The position numbers and the translations under genes are program-made. From contig CAVSHT010000003.1 in assembly GCA_963727895.1 (NCBI GenBank), forward strand, positions 64,001 to 128,000: a stretch of 64,000 nt of DNA, written 5' to 3'. Source of the DNA: an uncultured Methanosarcinaceae archaeon. GTDB taxonomy: Archaea > Halobacteriota > Methanosarcinia > Methanosarcinales > Methanosarcinaceae. The notes beneath the pieces are model-generated. The model did not search any database. It saw only the letters and a list, made by a program, of their open reading frames with translations, and was not told where the DNA came from. Of the stretch, positions 1 through 10,385 are shown piece after piece (within the stretch, counting starts at the first letter, position 1; every line of letters starts with the position of its first letter).

Positions 1-320
1 ATATATCCAGGATAAAATCTTTTTCCTAACCTGGATGCAAAAAATGATGTTGCAAGAAGTGCATAGCAGGTCCAGTAAAGCAAAGAGTAAGGTTCAATAA
101 GACTTTTTATTGACTGAAAAAAACGTAAGCCTACATAATAGTTTCCGGCAATATAGATTGAGATAAAAATACTTAAAATACCGAGAAAAAGCAAACTTAT
201 TTTTGTGTTTTTCTTTCCTTTATCCTTCATAATATTCTATCTCAGAATACTGTTTTGTTAATGGCACTTTTCTAAATCCTTGACAGAAATCAATGCATAT
301 TCATGCGTCTTCGGTTAATC

Positions 321-606
321 TTCATGTCCACAGATCTCCTGCAGTAACACTTAATCTTCATGTCCACAGACCTCCTGCAGTAACACTCAATGAAACTACC
401 GATGAATTTCATATTTCCACTGGACTTCGATAGTTGAATGATGAATGCTCACGTAAATTGTATCTATTTTTCGCAATCACAAGAAAGTTCTAAAAATAAT
501 TAAAAGTTGCATAATTTAGCCTCTTGACTACAGATGTTGATTTGTGTTTACAAATATGTCAGAAGATTTAAATCAAATTTACTGTGAAAGGTCTCTGGAC
601 ATGAAC
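321..606. mobile_element. Internally deleted miniature copy of the rve-type IS at 8378-9620, left end tandemly duplicated
   Basis: 357-510 resembles 8379-8535 and ~513-606 resembles ~9527-9620; ends TTCATGTCCACAGACC...GGTCTCTGGACATGAAC; 36-bp duplication 315-350/351-386. Confidence 0.9.
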
Positions 607-1316
607 CCTAATTGTGAAAATTTACACTGATTTTGTAACAAAGCCAGATTTTTTGCACCATAACCATAAAAGAGAAACGAAATTTTAGCGAAGTACTGAA
701 ATTACCTGATAAAACAAAACAGGATGTAAATGTATAAATATCACATATATACTGTTTAGAGTATAAAATTGGCTGGATCAGACTGACTATCTGAATATTG
801 GTTCTACTTGTTTTGTTGCATAATTCCATAGGATTCTTGATTCTGCTTGAACCCTTTTTTATATGTTTAAATGATGAGGCTTCGTAAAAACGAATGAATG
901 CTGCAGGGATGCAGCACAAAACCACGCCAGGAATTTTGCAGGTATCATTCAACATAGACAGGCTGATTAATTCTGCAACAAAGTAGCTATATTTTGAACT
1001 TGCATACTCCTGAAGCTTCATCTAGGATGAAAAATGACTTTAGTTAGATTATTTAAAAGATTTGAGTGTTTTTACCTAGATCTATTAAATATATATGAGT
1101 CCTTAAAGGAATACAAGTTTTCAAAAAAGTATAATATGACCTATCTCTCTTTGAACAGCTTCTTTAACGTGAAGATAGCAAAAAAGCTCCAGAACTTGAA
1201 AAAGAAGCTGACAGATTCTTAACAGGAAAAGCTCGTGCTATTCTCTAAGAGAAAGAATTGAAGACCCAATTACAGGCCTCCGAAAAAATGGTTTTAAATC
1301 TTGAGGAAGGCATTGT

Positions 1317-2735
1317 ATGGTAAGCGATGAAGAAATGAGGTCCGGGAGTATTGTAAATCTGTTCTGGAAATTTGCATTTCCGGCAGTTGTAGGAGTTGTC
1401 ATTGCAGGAATTCAGGAAATAATCGATGGTTTCTTCATAGGAAACGCTATCGGAAACCAAGGACTTGCAGGAGTTACTCTTGCTTATCCCCCTTATTTGG
1501 TTGTAATTGGAGTAGGCGTAATTATAGGTATTGGCTCATCCAGTCTCATAGCCCTGGAACTTGGAAAAGAAAATTTCAGAGAAGCCCTGGACATAGTACA
1601 TAATGCTTTTCTCTTAAGCGTGCTTGCAGGAGCAGTTTTTATGGTAGCTGGGCTGATTTTTTGCGAAACCTCTATCAGTTGACTTGGAGGCAGCGGGCCT
1701 GCCCTTATCTTCGCTCGCGAGTATCTCAGGATCATTTTCATGGGTTCGATTTTTATGATCCTTACGATCGCCCTTGATCCCCTCGTCAGGAATGACGGAA
1801 AGCCAAGGCTTTCCATGCGCATAATGGTTGCAGGAATAGTTCTAAACTTCGTGTTTGATTACCTTTTTGTTATGCATATGGGAATGGGAATGTCAGGTGC
1901 TGCCATTGCTACGGTAATTTCCTTTACTTTGCCTGCAGTAATGCTTATGCAATATCTTTTTGGCAGCGAGGCAAAATTGAGACTTCAGCTTAAAACCATG
2001 AGATTCAAAATCGGGACACTGATACAGATCCTGAGAGCCGGTCTCCCATCCTTCATGATGCAGTTATCACTGGCTCTCGTGATCTTTGCCTATAATTACA
2101 TGCTGCTCAGATACGGTTCTGAGCTTGCAGTCTCAGCCTACGGCATTATAGAATATGTCTTTTCAATATTCTATATGCTCTTTGAAAGAATAGCCCTGGG
2201 AGTGCAACCGATCATAGGTTCAAATTACGGAGCTGGCTGCTATGAAAGAGTTTCAAAGACCCTGAAATTGACAATGCTTTCGTGTATTCTTATAGGAGCT
2301 TTCGGATTTGCATTGATCTACTTCTTCCCAGAGAAGCTGGTACAAATATTCAGCAGGGACGACTCTGAACTTCTGAGGATTACACTGCGAGGAATGAATT
2401 TTTTCATGTTCTCTTTGCTTGTTGAAGGCACTGTGCTGCTCACTTCTATCTATTATCAGTCAATAAACATGGTCAGGACAGCACTCTTCATTCAATTAGG
2501 AAAAATTTTTATTTTCCTCTTTCCCCTGCTATTTATTCTGCCCATCTTCTTCGGTCTGGATGGAGTCTGGTTTGCAGCGCCGGTTACGGAGTATATCATG
2601 ATGCTGGTGGTTTTGTCTATGCTTTTGAAGGAATTTAAGTTCCTAAGGAATGGAAAGGCAGAAACTGAGACGAATTCCAAGTTTGTTAATTTCAACCACG
2701 CTGAAAAGGTGGAAACTTCATTTCAGGTACATTGA
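1317..2735 (+). pseudogene. MATE family efflux transporter split by one in-frame TGA
   Basis: ORFs 1317..1682 and 1740..2735 are in the same frame; TGA at 1680-1682 then LGGSGPALIFAREYLRIIF continues; MATE-like motifs (FAFPAVVG...IIDGFFIG, RNDGKP, GSNYGAG). Confidence 0.85.
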
Positions 2736-2885
2736 AAGATTCTGTTGCAAAAAATCATAATAAGGATTCAATTGAATAAGGAGAAAATCAATAGAACGAT
2801 AATATGCTATCTAATTCCTTTAGGTTCCGTTGCAAAAAAATTATGAAAGGGATTCATTGAAATAAGTAGAAATTTAAGGGTTCTG

Positions 2886-3004
2886 TAGGACTTACGCAGT
2901 TGAGCTGAAAAATCAATATCATCAAACTCTTAACTATCTAAAAATAAATATATGACCGCACAGCCTATTGTTACCGATTTTGTATTTATAGTGCGTAAAT
3001 CCTA
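2886..3004. mobile_element. MITE with TAGGACTTACGCA terminal inverted repeats
   Basis: TAGGACTTACGCA...TGCGTAAATCCTA; interior is an inverted relative of 41058-41175. Confidence 0.8.
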
Positions 3005-3007
3005 AAT

Positions 3008-4186
3008 TTATATCACCAACTTAAAACTATTAGTCCAGAATACCATCAAAAAACCTTGTAAAAGAGCGAACGATAGCATAACAAGATCTTCTGAAACGCG
3101 ATTTTTAGTAATGTCCGCAAATAGGATGTAAATTGGAAAAATTACAAGAATAAACCTAGGCATTGACAAAATTCCGGTAGAAAGTGGAACTAAAATAGAA
3201 TACATACAAAATAACCAATAAGAAAACCGGATTTTTTTGTAAAACAATATGAAAATAAAGATAGCAATGGTGGTCGAAGCGGCCTCAAAAGCTGAATAGA
3301 TATTCCTACGATAACTGTCAATTAGAATCCCCAGAGGATTTCCAAAATGTCTGTGCCACATTACTTGAGCATGTGCAAAAGCCATGGAATCTCCAGTTAT
3401 ATGATAATTAAAGATCATAACTAAAATTGTGCCTAGGGGAATTAAGAAGAGATAAAACAGAGGCAGTATCTGATACCTAGTATTTTTAAGGCTTTTTAAA
3501 GCTTTATATTCCCTTAGCAAGGGCATAAGACCTTCGTAAAGCAAAGGTAAAACGACAAGAACACCAGTAGACCTTGTTAAGGATAAAAAGAATCCTGTGA
3601 TTCCAACTAGATACCATTTACCTATTCTGGCATAATAGAAACACATCAAAGTAAGAGCAAGATAAAGAGATTCGGTGAAAACTCCCGAAAGGATAAAAGA
3701 AACCGGAAAGAGAAACAGGTATTTTATCGCTTTAGTTGATGTATCTTCATCATAATCGAGCTTTACTAGTTGATATAAGTAAATACAGGAAACTATTAAA
3801 CAAAAGTTTGATACTATTAAGCCAGCGATATAGTAATTTTCTATGATTAAACCTAAAAATCTCATAATTAATGGATATAGTGGAAAAAACGCAATACTAG
3901 ACTGATGTGAAATCACCTGAATCGGAGAACTTGGGGTATAGCCATACTGAGCAATTTTCATATACCATCTTGTATCCCAAACACCCCATATATCCAGCCA
4001 GGCATGATTTGTCCAGGCATGTTGATGGACAAGTCGATGTAGTCCATAAAAGGATTTGGATGCTAAAACTTTACGAGATAATATGCCAATCATACTCAAA
4101 ATTATTCTCGTGCTGAAGAACATCAATAAGATATATTTGATTTTAGGAATCTGAACTCTATAGTTGGACAATGATATTGTATTCAC
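3008..4186 (-). CDS. GT-C membrane mannosyltransferase (PIG-V/Gpi18-like)
   Basis: WD..WY..IA..GY, AFFPLYP, FTESLY motifs; multiple TM segments. Confidence 0.8.
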   Translation of the reverse strand: MNTISLSNYRVQIPKIKYILLMFFSTRIILSMIGILSRKVLASKSFYGLHRLVHQHAWTNHAWLDIWGVWDTRWYMKIAQYGYTPSSPIQVISHQSSIAFFPLYPLIMRFLGLIIENYYIAGLIVSNFCLIVSCIYLYQLVKLDYDEDTSTKAIKYLFLFPVSFILSGVFTESLYLALTLMCFYYARIGKWYLVGITGFFLSLTRSTGVLVVLPLLYEGLMPLLREYKALKSLKNTRYQILPLFYLFLIPLGTILVMIFNYHITGDSMAFAHAQVMWHRHFGNPLGILIDSYRRNIYSAFEAASTTIAIFIFILFYKKIRFSYWLFCMYSILVPLSTGILSMPRFILVIFPIYILFADITKNRVSEDLVMLSFALLQGFLMVFWTNSFKLVI

Positions 4187-4226
4187 GTGTTGTTTTTCCT
4201 TCTTAAATCATTTTCTTGTTTTATTT

Positions 4227-4401
4227 GTATCCTTTTCAAACTCAATGTAAAAAGTACATTTCTTACTTATGACGATAATTGAAAAATTTAACTAAACTTG
4301 AAAAACATGTTCAAACGGCATGCTGGACTTCACTACTGTACTAATAAATTCCTTAGGGTGTTCCAGGTTAGAAAATTTACCATTGAATTTGAAGAGGATA
4401 C
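4227..4401. mobile_element. MITE with GTATCCT(C/T)TTCAAA inverted ends
   Basis: GTATCCTTTTCAAA...TTTGAAGAGGATAC; second copy at 15419-15594. Confidence 0.7.
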
Positions 4402-5112
4402 GATTTTTGCTGCATAATAGAGCTTACTTCTGCCATATAATCTTTGCAACAGAACCTTAGACTACACAGTACAAAAAACTTAGCTTCAAATTTACAGCAA
4501 ATTCAGGAAACTGCCTAAATTTTTAATTAAATAATTTTAAAGCTAAAAATTTTTGTAAAGAGGTAAATCTATATTAAGAAATTTAGGGATTTGTTACGAA
4601 ATGTTAATTTCAGGGATATTATATACGGCTAAAATGTTGACTAGATTTTAGGAGATCCACATAAACTCAATTACCGGAGCCAAAATGAATATGGTTAAAA
4701 AAGAACAAGTCAAAAATCTAAATTATTCTGCTCCTAATGAAGCTAAATATATTAATCAATTATTTGGAATAGTTCTATAATATTGACAAACATTTTTAAA
4801 TATTTTAACTTTTGTTCATTGTCTGTAGATTTACATGCTTATTCTGAGATTTTTTGCAACGGAACCGGAAAGACTATTCAACTTTCAGATCTGTATCATT
4901 GCAATGATCATGAGGTAGGATTAGCGAATTTTATAAAAATCCAGATTACTAAAGAAGAAAAAGAATAAGAGAAACAAAATTTTCTCAATGTAATCAATTT
5001 TCTTGAATATTTTAACTTTTTTCATTGTTTATAGATTTACATGATTATTCTGAAGTTTTTGCAACGAAATCTTTTAACTTAATAACAAAAGTTATACTTG
5101 CATTAACTTGCA

Positions 5113-5514
5113 TTACAGATTTTCCTCTGGGTTATTGAGAATTGCAGTCCACCACCAGCTAGCCATATCCAGAAGATCCTTTGAAAACTGGCCTGAAAGC
5201 CTGTATTCTTTGTTTTTTATAGAGATAAGCCCTGCTCCAAGCAGTTTATTGCGCATTGCGTAAAATGAAGCACGACATATTTGGAGTTCTTCCAAAATGA
5301 CTTTCCACTCATCCGTTCGGATTGCATTTCCTGCAGCTTGTCGCTCTTCAATCATTACAAGGAATTTTCCCCCTGTAACCGCAGTGGTATCTTCTTGAAA
5401 GATACGCCGCATAAGGTTATAATAAGGGTCTCTTGAATGACTTATACGAGTATTGGCATCAGATCTTACAACAATAGTTGTTGCTGTTTTGGGAGCATTT
5501 TTAACAAGTGACAC
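5113..5514 (-). CDS. Hypothetical protein, probable winged-helix DNA-binding domain
   Basis: 133 aa; LEELQICRASFYAMRNKLLGAGLISIKNKEYRLS resembles an HTH recognition helix plus wing. Confidence 0.6.
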   Translation of the reverse strand: MSLVKNAPKTATTIVVRSDANTRISHSRDPYYNLMRRIFQEDTTAVTGGKFLVMIEERQAAGNAIRTDEWKVILEELQICRASFYAMRNKLLGAGLISIKNKEYRLSGQFSKDLLDMASWWWTAILNNPEENL

Positions 5515-5962
5515 GACTCATTATATTCAAACACATATTATAAAAATAGATTCAATGTATCTCAAAGAATTGATTTTTTAGCTCTTGTAAGATCTCACAA
5601 AGATAGCTACGTTTTACCTCAAAAAGTTCGTATCTTGAATTATCCTATAAAATTAGAATTTTAGATTATTTGCTGCATAACAGAGTTTACTTTTGCCATA
5701 TAATTTTTGCAACGGAACCGTTCATATTATAGCAAAGTTCTACTAAGAGCCTATCCGAAAAGTAGAAGAACTGCATTTTAGGGTAATATTGAGTAGTGAC
5801 ACCACGAAAGATTGTTTTTCCATCTAATTTTTTTAGATAGATCTAAACGTTTCAGAAATTTCGTAAATATTTAGACATCAATATCAAAGAAAATTTAGAT
5901 TTAAAGTAAGAATTTATGATCAAAAATTGTAATGTCAAGAAAACGATATAAATTCTTGTCAA

Positions 5963-6082
5963 GGCCGGTTTACTTTTCCCTATTTTGGCCGGATTAATTT
6001 TTCTAGAAATGAATGCAGTGTACTTAATTTTAATTCCGGTGAATAATTCCTCATTTTAGCCGGGATTTAAATTCCCAAATTT
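5963..6082. repeat. Degenerate 24-bp period direct-repeat array with CCGG core
   Basis: CCGG at 5965, 5989, 6036, 6060, each followed by an AT tract and TTCC/TTCT. Confidence 0.6.
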
Positions 6083-6481
6083 CCAATCCTTAAGAAAAGT
6101 TTGACTAAAATCTCTTTTTTCCATATAAATTTTCAAGAATTTAGCTTATTTTGTTAAGGGTAGATTTCGATTGCAAAAAAATGAACATGTTTTGAATATA
6201 TAAAAAATAAAAGAAGAAAACAAGTAAAAGAATGGAGAAACAATTTTTATATTATTGAAACCTTTCTTACTTAAAAAAGATTAATTTAGTAGGGTTCTTC
6301 GTAGCCAGCTTAGAACCCTGACTCCCCGTATAAGAGGAATAAGTATGTATACACTTAGTAATAACATGGGTACCTTAGGGTATAAAGTTTTCGATCGTAC
6401 TGAACAGGATAGCAAAATAAATGAATTTTTAGCACTTCTAAAAACTGAGAAATACTGTTTTTATACAGGAGAGGACTTCTT

Positions 6482-7189
6482 ATGAGTCTCTCGGATTATG
6501 TGCCTATTGAGTTTATGCACTTTTTTGAACAACCTGGAATTGTTGAAGCTCTTAAAGGTTTTGCAAGATATCTGATTAATGAAGATCCAGAATTCAAAGT
6601 TGAACTTAAAACAAAATTTGATGCTCATCTTCTCACATCCGAGGTAGAGCCTGTGCAGAGATTATCTAGTATTGAAACTGTTTTGGGAATTGATGACCTC
6701 TCGTATGATGATGAAGACCACGAACCTACTATTCCAGATCATATAACCAGGCTATACGACATGGTCTCTAAAATAAACACAACATTAAAGCCTGAACTTA
6801 TTGATAGATCACTTGTAGCACCTTCTAAAAATATCACAGAAATTCGCGCGGATTTTCTCGTTGAGTATATGAAAAAAAGTACAGACCTTCCAAAGGCGGT
6901 TTCGCCGTTTGCAAATATAGATACACGGGTTCTGGACTCCAGAGATTTTAAAAAATTTGTTGAAAACTATCTGCCTGAAGAATTCCAGCCTGAGTCTACG
7001 AAGAACCTAAGAAAACTTAAGCGTGATGTGTTTGAGGCTGCGGAGAAAAGATGCTACACTAATGATATTTTTGTTGACAAAGCAGATCATGGCAGAAACG
7101 AACTTAGATTAATTTTCGCAAGACAAATCCCAGATGAAGAACTGCCTATGTGGTTGACAGGTTCACCGGAACAGACCGTAACTGCGTAA
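6482..7189 (+). CDS. Hypothetical protein (mobile-element associated, possible Rep/DNA-binding)
   Basis: 235-aa ORF with GGAGAGG upstream; no family recognised. Confidence 0.6.
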   Translation: MSLSDYVPIEFMHFFEQPGIVEALKGFARYLINEDPEFKVELKTKFDAHLLTSEVEPVQRLSSIETVLGIDDLSYDDEDHEPTIPDHITRLYDMVSKINTTLKPELIDRSLVAPSKNITEIRADFLVEYMKKSTDLPKAVSPFANIDTRVLDSRDFKKFVENYLPEEFQPESTKNLRKLKRDVFEAAEKRCYTNDIFVDKADHGRNELRLIFARQIPDEELPMWLTGSPEQTVTA

Positions 7190-8377
7190 CGGACAAGCAA
7201 AAAAGAAGGTTGAAAGCAAAAACAAGGATCTCATGAAATCCTATCGTTAAAAAGAAAAGTTACTAATATTAAAGTTAAGCATTGACTGAAAATAGTCTAA
7301 ACTTAATACGATTAGTGTAGGGTATATAAAAATAAAATTATAAAAAAGAAATTAAGAAAACTAATTTTGAGATAAATCTTGTAAAGTACGTTACTTGGTC
7401 ACAGTTGGTTACTACAATATCTCAACGACTAAAACAAACGCCTCAAATTTGCCCCTACAGCCCCAAACTCCTGAGCCGTAAGGAAAAATTACCTCACCAT
7501 TTTTTCAAACCTTTCCTAGAGCTTTAAAAAAGGGGAGTATGTGCTCTTCAATATCAATAAGTAGGATTCCCGTTGCTTTAGAAAATAATGAGAGGAAAAG
7601 AGGAGTGTGCTGTCAGGGAAAGCTTGAAAAACCCTCATAGCAGGAAGTGTCGCCCAAGGACGAACGGCTTCATCAGGAGGGTGTAGGAGAGGTGATAGAG
7701 AACTCCTGCAATGTTTTTAATGGTAACAAAACTTTTAGTAAGTGATTATATTATATGTGTTTAAATATATATAAAATGTTTACAATAATATCGGCTGATT
7801 CGTTGAAATATTGGTGTGTTCTTCTGGCTGGCTGCTCCCTGTGCCTTGCACGTCTATATAATCATTTAGAGATACAAAAAAGACCACCTGTCTGTTTCCA
7901 CTGATAGCGTTTTCGCATGGCTTGCATGTTTCAAAACCTTCAAAGCCATTTCTGCAACTCTTTAGAAAAATTCCCCTTAAAACTCAACCCTTCCACCACT
8001 AGCAAAAAGCAATTTTTTGTTTGTCTGTCTGTCTGCTACTCTTAGACACATGTCTAGTTAGTAATAAGTAGCCAGTCATTTTTTTCTTTTGATCCTGGTT
8101 TTACTGGAGCAGACACAAAAATGAGATAATAAATAAAATGTTTGTAAGAAGTGTATGCATAGCGTTTGTATGAAAGCAACAGTCTAAAAAACTGTCTGCG
8201 AAAAAGAAGTGTATTTTCTGGAAAAAGAAAGAAAAGTACAAATTTTGAAGAGAGTAGTTCATATTAATCCAGGCGTTTTGTGAATGTATTAAATCTTAAT
8301 TTATCTTCATCTACTACGTGAAGACCTCTTTTTACAATCATAAAATGTTTTTTCTGAATATATAACTATATGTTAGC

Positions 8378-9620
8378 GTTCATGTCCACAGACCTCTTGC
8401 AGTAACACTCAATGAAACTTCCGAAGAATTCCATATTTCCACTGGACTTCGATAGTTGAATGATGAATGCTCACGTAAATTGTATCCATTTTTAGTAATC
8501 ACAAGAAATTTCTGAAAATCATTAAACGTTGCATGGTATTGTAAATTTATGAATTCATATTGCAAAGTCTCTATTGCTCGTTCAATGAAAGCGTTCAACC
8601 ACGGATGTGCCTTTGGAAGAATATGATGTATAATATTATTTTTATTACAATATTCACGCGCAGTCGCATTATTAAACTCCAAACCTCCATCAGATTGAAT
8701 CTCGATTACAACATCTTTTGGTACTATTTTGCGTAATTGGTGAAGAGATTCTACCACATTCGCACCTGATTTTGTCTTATGGGCATCAAGGATTACAATA
8801 CCACTGTTAAAAATATCAAGTACACCAAAAACATACGCAGTCTCACCATTTCCAATTCTCCGTTGAGTATAGTCCATATTGAAAGAGCTCAATGGTTCTT
8901 GAGGGCGTTGAAGATGTTTGGAACTTATAGCCGTCTTCTGTTTTCCAGTAAGCCCAGCAATAGCAAGAATATGATGAACCCATGATTTGCCAACACAAAC
9001 TGAGCTTTCTTTGTTCTCTTTTTTTTTATTGAATGAAGCTGCAATTCTTCGAACTCCCTTCACAGCTTTATCCATTAATCCCGTCAATTGCTGTACTCTC
9101 TCTGATTTTAAGACATGGTCTGTTTTTTCCATTGCATCAACAAACGCATGTTTAGATGATTCGATTTTGTTTGTATTATTCAAATAGAGATTTATTATTT
9201 CAGCTTTATCTTCATCCGTTAGCTTTCGATATGGATTTTTAGGCTTCGAAGGCGTGTCCTTCAAGTCTTCTGCTCTACTTCCGTCTTTTGCTCTTTCAAC
9301 AAGATAATAGAAAGTACGTTCGCTCATTCCATACATTTCCCACAGTTCTCTATCGGTATATTTTCCAGATTTTCGCAGTTCAAGGATTTTGGCTCGAATT
9401 TCTGCCACTCTTTCAGGTGGAAAATATTTTTGGATATCCTCCCATTTATAAACGTATATTTCAGACATATAGTAACGCCCATAATTGCTGCAAAAAATAA
9501 CATTTTGTATCTCAATAAAGTTGTAGTATTTAGCCTATTGACTATAGATGTTGATTTGTTTTTACAAATATGTCAGAAGATTCAAATCAAATTTACTGCA
9601 AGAGGTCTGTGGACATGAAC
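8378..9620 (-). mobile_element. Insertion sequence, IS481/IS3-like (rve integrase core), 28-bp perfect terminal inverted repeats
   Basis: GTTCATGTCCACAGACCTCTTGCAGTAA at 8378-8405 and its reverse complement at 9593-9620; no clean target duplication. Confidence 0.9.
8380..9468 (-). CDS. DDE transposase, integrase (rve) core with N-terminal HTH
   Basis: FNMDY, IQSDGGLEF, NAFIERAIETLQ, YNLREHSSFNYRSP motifs; stop codon lies inside the TIR. Confidence 0.9.
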   Translation of the reverse strand: MSEIYVYKWEDIQKYFPPERVAEIRAKILELRKSGKYTDRELWEMYGMSERTFYYLVERAKDGSRAEDLKDTPSKPKNPYRKLTDEDKAEIINLYLNNTNKIESSKHAFVDAMEKTDHVLKSERVQQLTGLMDKAVKGVRRIAASFNKKKENKESSVCVGKSWVHHILAIAGLTGKQKTAISSKHLQRPQEPLSSFNMDYTQRRIGNGETAYVFGVLDIFNSGIVILDAHKTKSGANVVESLHQLRKIVPKDVVIEIQSDGGLEFNNATAREYCNKNNIIHHILPKAHPWLNAFIERAIETLQYEFINLQYHATFNDFQKFLVITKNGYNLREHSSFNYRSPVEIWNSSEVSLSVTARGLWT

Positions 9621-10088
9621 ACTAGCTTATCAGAATCATTGTCCCCTACTATATATGGTAATACCATAGTATGGCAGGATGACCGTAATGGAAATTGGGA
9701 CATATATGCATATGACCTTAAAACCCATCAACAGATACACACTAACGATAAGATAGGTCAGATTAGTCCTGCTATATACGATAATAAAATAGTATGGCTT
9801 GATTCTCATGACGATGGAAAAACAGATATCTACATGGGCACAATCAGTTACCTTCCAGTTGCTGCCTTCTCTGCATCTCCAACAACAGGGAAACATCCAT
9901 TGACGGTGAAATTTACTGATAAAAGTACAGACGTATATTACTGGTCATGGAACTTTGGGGACAAAACAACTTCAGCAACGCAGAGCCCAACCCACAAGTA
10001 TACTAAAGCTGGGAAATATACTGTAAAATTAACTGTAAAGAACGCTGCTGGAAGTAGTACTAAAACGATGTCTATTACAGTGAAATAA
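9615..10088 (+). pseudogene. 3' remnant of beta-propeller repeat + PKD cell-surface protein, truncated by the IS
   Basis: P.IYGNTIVWQDDRNGNWDIY repeats and PKD (VKFTDKS..WSWNFGD); no signal peptide; begins at the IS end. Confidence 0.8.
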
Positions 10089-10385
10089 AATTGATAACAG
10101 TAAATTGTTTTTAACTTTTGGAGCACTTGGGACAGTTATTCTATCTGTTTCATTTGTTCCTTTTAATAAGAAACATTTAATTGTTGTATTTGATGATAAT
10201 AATTTATGAAATAGCTATTTTAAATTATTTCATTTTGCGTTACTATCTTTATTTTTTATAGGCTTTTTACCACAAAAGTAAATTCATTTTGTAAAATTTT
10301 GATTAAAATGAAAATGTTTAACACTATAAAATATATTTTAATATTAAACATATTAAATATCAAATTAAATGCAAGAGTTTTAATT

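Noticed and set aside
315..386. 36-bp direct repeat as a CRISPR repeat
   Set aside because: Copies are contiguous with no spacer and match an IS terminus
608..1222. ORFs 608..1021 and 1034..1222
   Set aside because: No recognisable motifs; the first runs into repeat DNA; possibly decayed gene fragments
1680..1682. In-frame TGA in the MATE gene as selenocysteine recoding
   Set aside because: Methanosarcina is not known to use Sec, the site is not a catalytic Cys position, and nonsense lesions are common in this window
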